DNA of 63,945 bases, the filler included, from Octopus bimaculoides (lineage: Eukaryota): NCBI RefSeq assembly GCF_001194135.2. It is 7 parts of 5 records of this genome, joined end to end, with 100 filler letters (N's around TTAATTAATTAA, not from the genome) between each part and the next. Parts side by side here need not be neighbours in the genome. Positions count along the whole stretch, not along the records: positions 11,698 to 28,247 come from NW_026424536.1; positions 28,348 to 57,935 come from NC_068992.1; 5 more parts are not named here. One strand, written 5' to 3'. Under the pieces are notes generated by a model. It was not told the DNA's origin. It did no database searches and saw only the letters and a list, made by a program, of their open reading frames with translations. Position numbers and translations under genes: made by a program. Shown in pieces: positions 25,102 through 36,844 of the stretch. Position 1 is the first letter of the stretch. Every line of letters begins with the position of its first letter.

Positions 25102-25360
25102 CCATATATAAATCAACCTATCTAATTTTCTGTTTTCTGCCTTTCTCTAGATAGGCAGAGAGACAGAGAGACAGAGAAATTGATAGATAATTGGATGGAT
25201 AGATAGATATATAGACAAACACATAGATAGATAGACAGATGTTCAGATAGATAAATAGAGAGACCGATAGATAGTGAGAGAGAGAGAGAGAAAGAAAAGT
25301 AAAGAGAGAAAGAAAGAGAGAAAGAGACAGTGAGAACGAAAGAGAGAGAGAGAGAGAGTG
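24407..25360. repeat. Compound (GA)n/(GATA)n/(GACA)n tract with an inverted central block (~24871-25147)
   Basis: The purine strand switches at ~24870 and again at ~25148. Confidence 0.9.
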
Positions 25361-25604
25361 AACGTGTTTTTCTTGCATCTTGAAACAAACGGCAATAAAA
25401 CAGAGAAAAACGTGGATCGGATGGTGAGATAAATTTCCAATTAATTAAGAGAAAATATCGGCAAGAAAGTAATTAATAACGGCGGTCGGATAATTAAGTA
25501 AAGAGGTGACGGGTCTGGTGATAGGGAAACATTGGGTTTTACATTCTACGTGTTTGTCGTGGGTGGGTGGGTGTTGTCGTGTGGGTACGTATTTGTTTAT
25601 GTGG

Positions 25605-25647
<43 letters not shown>

Positions 25648-25759
25648 TGTTTGTGTAATAGGGGTGGGTGTATTTGTCTGGATTTATGCGGTTATGACCC
25701 TTCACAGAGCAGTGTGGTACAAAAATAGGGCGAGAGAGGGAGATCGATAGATAGATAGA

Positions 25760-25891
25760 TAGAGAGAGAGAGAGGGAGAGAGAGAGTGAGAGAGAGAGAG
25801 TGAGAGAGAGTGAGTGAGAGAGAGAGAGAGAAAGAGAAAGAGAGTGAGAGAGAGTGAGTGAGAGAGAGAGAGAGAGAAAGAGAAAGAGAGC

Positions 25892-25932
<41 letters not shown>

Positions 25933-25943
25933 AGAGAGAGGGG

Positions 25944-25982
<39 letters not shown>
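25760..25982 (+). repeat. (GA)n microsatellite
   Basis: Direct inspection. Confidence 0.95.
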
Positions 25983-25983
<1 letters not shown>

Positions 25984-26039
25984 GAGCTGCCTTTGTTACC
26001 AATCCCGTTGGCTTACCAAAAGGTTACTAGAACATAGGT

Positions 26040-26221
26040 GTGAAGGCGCGTGGCCTGGTGGTTAGAGTGTTCGGGTCACCATCGCAAGGTCGTGAGTTCG
26101 ATCCCCGGCGAAGCGTTGTGTCCTTGGACAAGACACTTTATTTCCTATTGCTGCGCAGTCCACTCAGCTGGCAAAAAATGAGTTGCGCTTGTATTTCAAA
26201 GGGGCCAGCCTTTGTCACACT
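26040..26221 (+). mobile_element. tRNA-derived SINE 5' part (CORE-like box plus a segment shared with family C)
   Basis: A box TGGCCTGGTGG, B box GAGTTCGATCC and gtgtccttggacaagacacttta. tttcaaaggggccagcctttgtcacact is shared with 18018-18043. Confidence 0.8.
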
Positions 26222-26635
26222 CCCTGCTGTTCCTGGTTCCTCGGAGCACACTGGTTTAGTTACACAGTACACGAGGCAGTGCTATGAAAACGGAGATAAC
26301 CTACTGGTACAGCGTTCGAATCTGGCAAACGCCTATGGATCCATCCACATCACAGAGGTTGTTAGACCTTACACTGTTTTGACACTTATCTTCCTGGGAA
26401 AATTAAGGCCCTGACCGTGGATTACTTTAGTAAGTCCACGGTCAGGGTTTCGAATCTGCATCACAAACTTTAGACTGGCATCGACCTGAAGAGAATACCA
26501 TTTCTGTCATTGTTTTCACAGTTGCTGTGAACGGACCCAGGGTGGCCATTTTAGCCGAGGTAGAAAGTACAGCTCTCACCTCCTATCCAAATCTGGTGGC
26601 TGACCACCCCGATAACAACATTTATGAATTACGTT
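26222..26635 (+). mobile_element. HERO/NeSL-type (R2 group) non-LTR RT fragment
   Basis: VPGSSEHTGLVTQ...NLANAYGSI, LPGKIKALTVDYF, DWHR..TISVIVF.VAVN and PITTFMN (cf. PGCLEHTGVVTQ..WLDLANAYGSIPH..PIRAFMDD). Confidence 0.7.
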
Positions 26636-26639
26636 TTTG

Positions 26640-26806
26640 GTTTCAAATATTGTCACAAGGCCAGCATTGTCGCGGGAGGTGTGTGTGTGGGGGGTGGGGG
26701 TGGCAAGTCGATTATATCGACCCCAGTGCTCTACTCGTAGTTATTCTACCGACCCCGAAAGGAAGAAAAGGGAAGCCGCCCTCGGCGAGAATTGAACTCA
26801 GAACGT
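26640..26806 (-). mobile_element. SINE family B
   Basis: gtcgattatatcgacccc...cgaccccgaaaggaagaaaaggg...ttgaactcagaac. Confidence 0.75.
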
Positions 26807-27027
26807 GAAATTACCTTATTACCACCACAACATAGAGGAATTTTGAAACGTCTTATTATCAGAAGAGATTTTAAGTTTGTCAGGTCAAGGTTCCATGCTG
26901 TTGATGAACAGAATGATTTGTTAACAAGGTTCGTTTCTCAGCACCAAGAATTACCATTTCCTGCATCACAGAGAAACCAGAGGCGCATCTAACAAAGCTT
27001 TTGAATGCCATTCAAAAATTCTTGAAG

Positions 27028-27085
27028 CATTTTGACCAAAAGCATTTTGACAAAAAGCATTTTGACCAAAGCATTTTCACCAAAA
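27028..27085 (+). repeat. ~15-bp tandem repeat AGCATTTTGACCAAA x4
   Basis: Direct inspection. Confidence 0.9.
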
Positions 27086-27150
27086 TCGACAAGTCAGGTT
27101 ACCTTCGACAAATTACGCCAGGAGAAGGAGCGATTGAGCTGGACAATAAT

Positions 27151-27345
27151 CTTTTCTACTCTAGACACAAGGTCCCAAATTTTTGGAGAGGGGGCCAATT
27201 GATTAGATCAACCCCCAGTACGCAACTGGTACTTAATTTATCGAACCCTAATGGATGGAAGGCAAAGTCAACCTCGGGGGAATTTGAACTCAGAACGCTA
27301 AGCGTTTCGTCCGGCGTGCTAACGTTTCTGCCAGCTCGTTTCCTT
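27151..27345 (-). mobile_element. SINE family B with 18-bp TSD
   Basis: ATTGA(G/T)CTGGACAATAAT at 27133-27150 and 27346-27363. Confidence 0.88.
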
Positions 27346-27525
27346 ATTGATCTGGACAATAATGTTCCGACGAGGGCGAGCTCCGACAAGGGCGAGCTCC
27401 GACGACATAAAAATGTGTGGTACGAAAGGATTTCGGGGTTAAAAATTCTACAGAATAAGTTCTGTAGTTAGAAAATTACTAATTTTAAATCTCACAACGA
27501 GAGATATTCAGCAACAGTACTTTGG

Positions 27526-27785
27526 AGTAAAGATTATTTGCCAACATAACATGGCCGTCCTGATTTGGGACAAATGTTGCTGTAATTTAGCCCCAGGAGA
27601 CATCGTCTCCAGCCGGCTATACGACACGATCTGTGTCCTTATATTTTCAAACAAGGGAATCTGGCAATATACGGACACAGATCGTGTCGTATAGCCAGCT
27701 GAAGACGATGTCTCTTGGGGCTAAATTACAGCAACATTCGTCCTAAACCAGGACTGCCATGTTATGCTGGCAAACAATCTTTACT
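27526..27785. mobile_element. Fold-back MITE: 113-bp inverted arms, 34-bp spacer
   Basis: Arms 27526-27638 and 27673-27785 align with 9 mismatches and no indels. Confidence 0.85.
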
Positions 27786-27854
27786 ACACATTCTGTATGT
27801 TACTCATTTACAGCCAGGCAGACGGAGCCATCAGTGAAATCACTGCACCAAAAA

Positions 27855-27906
<52 letters not shown>

Positions 27907-28492
27907 TACATACATGCACACATATATAAACACACACACACATACATATATATATACACGTTTGTAGGTTAATTGACAGGAATTTTACAAGTCATTTGCC
28001 AATCAACCCATACATATTTAATAGATAACTGATTATCGGTTCATCGATTCGAATTATCGATCTCAGCGCACCACCTCCCAGAAGACATATGGATGTGTGG
28101 AGGAAAATACATAGGACGACCTTTACAAACACACACACACACGTATAATATATTAAAATATATTTATATTGAGTGTGTATATATCATCATCATCATCATC
28201 ATTATCGTTTACCGACCGCCTCATATATATATATAGATAAGTATAAANNNNNNNNNNNNNNNNNNNNNNNNNNNNNNNNNNNNNNNNNNNNTTAATTAAT
28301 TAANNNNNNNNNNNNNNNNNNNNNNNNNNNNNNNNNNNNNNNNNNNNGGAGAGAGAATAAATGTGTAGGATTTAATGGTTCAACCGGATAAAATGGCCGG
28401 AAGAAAGAGGCACACACACTCATACATACATACATGTATATATGTGTATATATACAAACACACACACATATATACATGTATATATGTGTGTG

Positions 28493-28524
<32 letters not shown>

Positions 28525-29116
28525 AACATATATACATGTACCTATATCAATATATGTGTGTGTGCGTGTGTTTATATGACAGGAACTGAGCCGGTTTATA
28601 TCTCTAGATATCTCAAACATATGATTAATTGCTTCATCCCAATAATTGCTGTATTGACACTCCATTTCTAGCATATACGAAGATGAACAGATAATGAATG
28701 CAATTGGACAGTATCGATCATTGTAAAATTTTACTGAAATTATATAACAAATCCATGTGAAAATTACAATTTATTGAAACTGTATTAGCTATTTACAATC
28801 GATTATTTGATTAACCGATAAGACTTAGCAAGAAATGAACGTGAAATACATTCTAAATCTAGTATTAATTCATATGATTTGATTATTTGTCTATGATTGA
28901 TTGTAAAGTTTTAAAAAAATATATAATTATTAAAACTTTTAATATTTAGGAATTTAAATGCAAGCTTTGTAGGTTTTGATGATATCAGCAATGAAAGTTC
29001 AAATATTAGCATACAGCAATATTTGTAAAATGGAATCGACCAGGTTTTTTTTCCTGAAGAATCTATAAAAATTACAATTTCTGTAACACCATTTTACAAA
29101 ATGTGAATACTAATAC

Positions 29117-29164
<48 letters not shown>

Positions 29165-29463
29165 CTACATACATACACATGTATGCATGTATATATATGT
29201 ATATGTATATGTGCGTGTGTGTGAGTGTGTGTGTGTGTGTGTGCGTCTGTCTGTCTGTCTGTTTGTATCTAGTGAGATACATTTATATAAAATATTCAGA
29301 TACTTTGAGAGGTGGGCATGATCTTTATTTTTCACAAAAGGTTTTTAACATTCAGAATGTTAACTAATGTTTAATAAACTTTCTGGCATTCGTTAATTTA
29401 GTGCATCAATTTCACATATATTGACGAAAAATTTTAAACTCAAGTGCATATCACCATTTACAC

Positions 29464-29510
29464 CAATGGTTCCCAAACTTTTCGGGCTGCGATCCCCTTG
29501 ACACCCAGGT
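29464..29510 (+). mobile_element. Possible hAT-Charlie-type terminal remnant
   Basis: caatggttcccaaacttttc resembles CAGTGGTTCCCAAACTTTT termini. No partner end was found. Confidence 0.3.
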
Positions 29511-29695
29511 CACATTTCTAGTGTCCCCACCCAAACTAACCATCACAAATACAGACCTCTTTCTGAAGCAGCTTCAAAGCAACTGCAAGACCGTTTTACA
29601 ATAGCTTGTATGTATGTATGCATGTATGTTAGCTTCAAACATAATTTTCAGTCTGGTTACGTATGTAGTCAACATTGTATGCATGTACGCTAATT

Positions 29696-29726
<31 letters not shown>

Positions 29727-31368
29727 NNNNNNNNNNNNNNNNNNNNNNNNNNNNNNNNNNNNNNNNNNNNNNNNNNNNNNNNNNNNNNNNNNNNNNNNNN
29801 NNNNNNNNNNNNNNNNNNNNNNNNNNNNNNNNNNNNNNNNNNNNNNNNNNNNNNNNNNNNNNNNNNNNNNNNNNNNNNNNNNNNNNNNNNNNNNNNNNNN
29901 NNNNNNNNNNNNNNNNNNNNNNNNNNNNNNNNNNNNNNNNNNNNNNNNNNNNNNNNNNNNNNNNNNNNNNNNNNNNNNNNNNNNNNNNNNNNNNNNNNNN
30001 NNNNNNNNNNNNNNNNNNNNNNNNNNNNNNNNNNNNNNNNNNNNNNNNNNNNNNNNNNNNNNNNNNNNNNNNNNNNNNNNNNNNNNNNNNNNNNNNNNNN
30101 NNNNNNNNNNNNNNNNNNNNNNNNNNNNNNNNNNNNNNNNNNNNNNNNNNNNNNNNNNNNNNNNNNNNNNNNNNNNNNNNNNNNNNNNNNNNNNNNNNNN
30201 NNNNNNNNNNNNNNNNNNNNNNNNNNNNNNNNNNNNNNNNNNNNNNNNNNNNNNNNNNNNNNNNNNNNNNNNNNNNNNNNNNNNNNNNNNNNNNNNNNNN
30301 NNNNNNNNNNNNNNNNNNNNNNNNNNNNNNNNNNNNNNNNNNNNNNNNNNNNNNNNNNNNNNNNNNNNNNNNNNNNNNNNNNNNNNNNATATATATATAT
30401 ATATATATATATACACACCTCCATTCGTATATACATATATTCATCCATATATATGTTTCTGAAATATTTGTAAGCGTATTTGCGCATGAACATATGTGTG
30501 CTTGTAAATATTTCCATGTGTTTGTTTTTACACATGCTTGTCTATATATAAGAACCATATCTCTGCGCATGTGTGCTGCTTGCATATTTACATACTTCGT
30601 ACGATCATGATTTTATATTTGCTTCTATAAGAACTTTCGAGAAGAGCGATTCATCTTTCAAACAAAATATTTTCCAAAGTGCACATGAAAGGTCTTAGTT
30701 TGTTCATATTTTATTTTGCAGATCTCATTCTATGTTTTTTTTTCTTTTACCGAAGTCTTCTAAACTTATTTCGTCGTCAATCCTATTTTAGATATGTTAT
30801 TTGCATAGAAAAGAAAGAAATGAAAAAGATTAGCCTTTTGAAAATAAGAATCTTTAAAAAATTACACAGAGTAGAAGAATTTTTTCCCCTAGTTTCTCCG
30901 ATATGCTTGTTTATATGGAAATATGTTGCAGTACTCATTGAATTTAGAGATAAGATTGAAAATAGCAATTTTGTTTTCGAATGTGTTATATGAGTCAGAA
31001 ACTTGCAAGTACTTTCCTCTTCATAACTGAATTGAGGAATTTTTTGTTTAATTATTTATATGTTATAATTTTCTTTACATTTGTATTTTCCTTCGCTTAT
31101 AATCTTTTTCATAATGATTCGCCAATTCTTCGTACAGAAGCAGCAGCACCAACAGCAGTAGCAACTATAGCAGCAGCATATTCTCTACTCTGTGTAGCCT
31201 TTGTTGATATTCAGACACAGCAAAATATTTCTATGAGTCCCAAACAGGTAAAATTCATATTCATATATATGAACGTAAGTATGTATGTATTTAACCATAT
31301 ATGCATGCGTGTGCGTATATATATACACAGACATGTGTATCTATGTAGTATGATGTATGTATATACTC

Positions 31369-31404
<36 letters not shown>

Positions 31405-31901
31405 NNNNNNNNNNNNNNNNNNNNNNNNNNNNNNNNNNNNNNNNNNNNNNNNNNNNNNNNNNNNNNNNNNNNNNNNNNNNNNNNNNNNNNNNNNNNNNNN
31501 NNNNNNNNNNNNNNNNNNNNNNNNNNNNNNNNNNNNNNNNNNNNNNNNNNNNNNNNNNNNNNNNNNNNNNNNNNNNNNNNNNNNNNNNNNNNNNNNNNNN
31601 NNNNNNNNNNNNNNNNNNNNNNNNNNNNNNNNNNNNNNNNNNNNNNNNNNNNNNNNNNNNNNNNNNNNNNNNNNNNNNNNNNNNNNNNNNNNNNNNNNNN
31701 NNNNNNNNNNNNNNNNNNNNNNNNNNNNNNNNNNNNNNNNNNNNNNNNNNNNNNNNNNNNNNNNNNNNNNNNNNNNNNATATATATATATATATATATAT
31801 AGCACAGTAACTAAACGAAGGACAGGGGGATTATGGATTGAATTCATTCGATGACGGCTTGTAAAGTATCATTATACATTTAAGATTCTTTAACAAGGAC
31901 C

Positions 31902-32130
31902 ATGAAAAACGCCTTTAATCAAAGAACAGGAGAACAGACTGGCTTGTGGAGAAATTCCGTGCAACCTAAATACTTTGTAACACAGTACTCAGCACGCTTA
32001 GGGCCAGCTGAGTTTCAGTATGTACTCTGTGATCCTCGTTTATGTCGAAGCAAGGATTCTTCACTGAATCATGCAATACTGTACATCGATCCTAGTTTTT
32101 CGCCCATCTTACTGCATATTGTTCTACTTG
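31902..32130 (+). CDS. Candidate coding exon (76 codons), unknown product
   Basis: accATG is open to TTG|gtaagg. Non-repetitive composition; no homology recognised. Confidence 0.2.
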
Positions 32131-32652
32131 GTAAGGAGAACATTAACAACAACAAGAAAAACAACAAAAACATTACTCACTCAATTTTTCTCCATGTTCT
32201 ATATTTAGCAACATTTATAGATATATATCTGTCTATGGCTTTAAGGTAACGATGATGGGTGAAATACCTGGTTTTGTTATTTAATGTTAGTGCTGATGCC
32301 TAAATGATCACTTGAGGTTTGTCGCTTAAAAGTATGAAGTTTTATTTTTATTCGGATTTACTCTGCTTGTAGAATTTGTATTTTAGGGAAAAGCAAAAGT
32401 ATTAAGACTCATTAAATATATACATAAACGTTTATGATAGTCAACGACATTTCTTCTTTATAGTATATCTATATGGCAGAATAACAGCAGACTTTCCCAG
32501 ATCAAACTTTGAAATCATATATAAAATTACACATATTTACAGAAGAAAGAATAGACAACCACGAGCGGATGATGTCAATCATTGGTTCGTTCATTCAAAT
32601 CTAATATGCAGTTAGTGATTATCATCATCAACATTAACAACATCTCAAACTA

Positions 32653-32691
<39 letters not shown>

Positions 32692-33254
32692 NNNNNNNNN
32701 NNNNNNNNNNNNNNNNNNNNNNNNNNNNNNNNNNNNNNNNNNNNNNNNNNNNNNNNNNNNNNNNNNNNNNNNNNNNNNNNNNNNNNNNNNNNNNNNNNNN
32801 NNNNNNNNNNNNNNNNNNNNNNNNNNNNNNNNNNNNNNNNNNNNNNNNNNNNNNNNNNNNNNNNNNNNNNNNNNNNNNNNNNNNNNNNNNNNNNNNNNNN
32901 NNNNNNNNNNNNNNNNNNNNNNNNNNNNNNNNNNNNNNNNNNNNNNNNNNNNNNNNNNNNNNNNNNNNNNNNNNNNNNNNNNNNNNNNNNNNNNNNNNNN
33001 NNNNNNNNNNNNNNNNNNNNNNNNNNNNNNNNNNNNNNNNNNNNNNNNNNNNNNNNNNNNNNNNNNNNNNNNNNNNNNNNNNNNNNNNNNNNNNNNNNNN
33101 NNNNNNNNNNNNNNNNNNNNNNNNNNNNNNNNNNNNNNNNNNNNNNNNNNNNNNNNNNNNNNNNNNNNNNNNNNNNNNNNNNNNNNNNNNNNNNNNNNNN
33201 NNNNNNNNNNNNNNNNNNNNNNNNNNNNNNNNNNNNNNNNNNNNNNNNNNNNNN

Positions 33255-33301
<47 letters not shown>

Positions 33302-33360
33302 GTATGGATACTCATATAGATGGATGTGTTTTCACTTTCCTATTCTTTATATTTTTATAG

Positions 33361-33399
33361 TTGTTTGATCAACTGAATAATCTGTTCTTCAATGAACAC
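33361..33399 (+). CDS. Candidate 39-nt phase 0-0 exon LFDQLNNLFFNEH
   Basis: Long pyrimidine tract + tag acceptor, donor CAC|gtaagt. One frame is open and the length is divisible by 3. Confidence 0.3.
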
Positions 33400-33934
33400 G
33401 TAAGTGGCCGAAAATACAATAAACACGTACAGGTTTCACGTAATTATCTGGTAGAATTAGTACGACTCACTTTGGTATAAGGTTGAACTGTTTGAATTAG
33501 AGATACAAACCACTTCTCGGTTTCCGTCTTCCCTAATTCACTCAGTACGTATTGCTCGGCACAAGGCAATAGAAAACGAAGCCATGCCTATGCAATGAGA
33601 TCAAACAAGGTAGCATATAGTGGTGAAGTGAATCCTTTTCCCGTTCTCTATAACTTTTTGCTCGATCTCGTTCTTTTTTCTGTCCGTCTCCCTCTCTTTC
33701 TGTATATATGCATGAATATGTGTATGTATGTGTGTGTGTGTGTGCAGTGATAGGTGGGTACATATCGTTACTAAGATGATATGAAGAACACGGGACAGTG
33801 TGATAGAGTTTTACTTGCCCTACACGTATTTCCTAGGTAAATATTCTTGGAAAATCATTGTTTTTTATGCCCATGTAATAATGTCACATGATGTCCTTGT
33901 CGACAGATGGTATCTCTCTTTTTTGTACATTGTC

Positions 33935-34160
33935 ATACATACATACGTACATACGTACATACATGCATGCATGCATGCATACATGCATACATACATACAT
34001 ACATACATGCATACATACATACATACATACATACATACATACATACATGCATGCATACATGCATACATACATACATACATACATGCATACATACATACAT
34101 ACATACATACATGCATACATGCATGCATACATGCATACGTACATACATACATACATGCAT
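33935..34160 (+). repeat. (CATA)n/(CATG) microsatellite
   Basis: Direct inspection. Confidence 0.95.
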
Positions 34161-34655
34161 AGTCAGCTGAAATCAGCTGCCGAGCGAATGTTGACGTAAA
34201 GCTAAAAACAAGCGAAAAAGAAAATACTTATGCTGAGCTATTGAGTAATCTGCACTTACTCTATCCAGATTACAAGACTAGATTTATACCTGTAATTATT
34301 GGGCCACTGGGATATGTAACACGCTTCCAAAATACCAATCTTCAGAAATTATGCTTCTCAAAACCAGAAAAGAGAAAGCAGATTCGAAGACTACAGATCC
34401 AAACCATCACTGGCACTGCAAAAATCTGAAAAAGTTTCCACGAGTCTTTAATTTTAAGTATATCTGAGCATGTCTAGATATGCAAGTATATGCATCAGAA
34501 TACATACATAAAACAGAACTTACAAATCTGCACACATGCATACATAAGACCATAGCCTGTTGATGTTGAAATCCCAATGAAGGAGCCTTGGATCTAGGTT
34601 AGAAACCAGCCCTTTCTCTATTGGCAACAAATCTTGAAATAAAACTGCATAATGG
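34161..34655 (+). mobile_element. 5'-truncated RLE-endonuclease non-LTR retrotransposon (R4/Dong-like), C-terminus + 3'UTR
   Basis: EISCRANVDVKLKTSEKENTYAELL..LYPDYKTRFIPVIIGPLGYV...IRRLQIQTITGTAKI. AATAAA at 34638, then catacatagatacat. Confidence 0.75.
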
Positions 34656-35451
34656 CATACATAGATACATGCATTCACACACATACGCAGGCACACATAC
34701 ACACATACATATATAGGAGAGTTGACTTTAGGTGTTGCGTCAAGTTTTTTTTTTTCAGTGGTAAATAAAAAAAAAATGTTTAGAAGAGAATTGAGGCACG
34801 AGGAAAAATTCGGAAAAACATGCTTCAAAGTTCAAATGTTCATACAAATTCCAATATTCAATTAATTTCAAAGAGACAGACAGTAATGCCAGTTCAAATG
34901 TTCGATGAACTTCATAGCAGTCAAAAATGATTGAAAGTTCAATGACACAGATGTACTTACGATCAGATACGATGAAGATTTTAAAAGATTAAAAACCAGG
35001 AAAGAAAACAGGAAAATCTGTTTTACAATTTCTCTCGAAGTGCATGAAGGATTCTTCGTCGCAGGTTTTGTTAGACAGCTTGAACTGTTAAACTAAAACT
35101 GCTTTGTATATACATAGTTCTGATTGGTTGTAAATTTAATCACGTCACTTGTTTTTGTTCGCAGATGTTCTGGTTACATAGTTTAGTTTGGCAAAAGTCC
35201 GGGGTTCAGGTTGATTGACTTCCTGGTGACGTCATTTGTTTTTCAACTACTTCGATCATTTGTTTTTTACCGGTTTGGTTCATTTTCTCCATACGTCATT
35301 TGTTTTTGACAAAGATCTTTGTAACTTGCTATTCTCTGACGATTGACCTGCGTTCCATTTGGTTGATTCCCGTAAGAAGCCACTGATCTCGGTCAGCTCA
35401 AAATTTATTGTTTTTGTTTCTTTACGGTACCGTTTCGACCAGAAAATATCT

Positions 35452-35668
35452 CTTCTACTCTAGGCACAAAGTTCGAAATTTTTGGGGGAGGGGCCCAGTC
35501 GATTAGATCGACCCAGTCAGTACACAGCTGGTACTTAAATTATCGACCCCGAAAGGATGAAAGGCAAAGTCGACCTCGGCGGAATTTGAACTGAGAACCT
35601 AAAGACAGATGAAATACCGCTAAGCATTTCGCCCGGCGTGCTACCGTTTCTGCCAGCTCGCCGCCTTG
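35452..35668 (-). mobile_element. Full-length SINE family B
   Basis: Minus strand: tRNA head (TGGCAGAAACGGTAGC...GTTCAAATTCC) followed by GACTTTGCCTTTCATCCTTTCGGGGTCGATAA. Confidence 0.9.
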
Positions 35669-35918
35669 CATGTTATTATAATAGCCTGAGATTTACTTCG
35701 ACCTAAACGAATTCGGATTAATATTATTTGAGATATATAGAAATATATTTCGATAGTTGTAGATTCTATTTACTTAATTATTTTATCCGTTATAATTTTG
35801 TTGTTTCTTTAATTATAATTGTTATGTAGTTGAAAAGCTAACGTTCATAATACATAGGCATTTGAATTAATCTTTTTACAATCCAGCCGTTCTTTCACAA
35901 GGAATTTCGTTTGTTTAT

Positions 35919-36014
35919 AAACCAAAGCTCCGAAGAGACTTATATAAGTGGATATGTATTGTTTATAAATCAAATATTGTATATAAGTCGAAACGAAGTG
36001 TCGGCTATTTTGGT
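35919..36014 (+). ncRNA. Degenerate hammerhead ribozyme motif
   Basis: CCGAAGA, perfect 10-bp stem II GACUUAUAUA/UAUAUAAGUC, GAAA, stem III CGA/UCG and distal stem I AACCAAAG/UUUUGGUU. U4 and U16.1 are mutated. Confidence 0.5.
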
Positions 36015-36757
36015 TTTTTATTGATCTTTTATGTTATCTTATATTATATCATATTCATAGTATATTGTTATAATATAAATACATTATTGGATCGTCAATT
36101 GAAGCTCTCTATTTAATCTATTGTTTATATATATATATATATNNNNNNNNNNNNNNNNNNNNNNNNNNNNNNNNNNNNNNNNNNNNNNNNNNNNNNNNNN
36201 NNNNNNNNNNNNNNNNNNNNNNNNNNNNNNNNNNNNNNNNNNNNNNNNNNNNNNNNNNNNNNNNNNNNNNNNNNNNNNNNNNNNNNNNNNNNNNNNNNNN
36301 NNNNNNNNNNNNNNNNNNNNNNNNNNNNNNNNNNNNNNNNNNNNNNNNNNNNNNNNNNNNNNNNNNNNNNNNNNNNNNNNNNNNNNNNNNNNNNNNNNNN
36401 NNNNNNNNNNNNNNNNNNNNNNNNNNNNNNNNNNNNNNNNNNNNNNNNNNNNNNNNNNNNNNNNNNNNNNNNNNNNNNNNNNNNNNNNNNNNNNNNNNNN
36501 NNNNNNNNNNNNNNNNNNNNNNNNNNNNNNNNNNNNNNNNNNNNNNNNNNNNNNNNNNNNNNNNNNNNNNNNNNNNNNNNNNNNNNNNNNNNNNNNNNNN
36601 NNNNNNNNNNNNNNNNNNNNNNNNNNNNNNNNNNNNNNNNNNNNNNNNNNNNNNNNNNNNNNNNNNNNNNNNNNNNNNNNNNNNNNNNNNNNNNNNNNNN
36701 NNNNNNNNNNNNNNNNNNNNNNNNNNNNNNNNNNNNNNNNNNNNNNNNNNNNNNNNN

Positions 36758-36844
<87 letters not shown>

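Noticed and set aside
27001-27471. 156-aa ORF with KHFDQ repeats
   Set aside because: It is built from a 15-bp tandem repeat plus an antisense SINE with its TSD.
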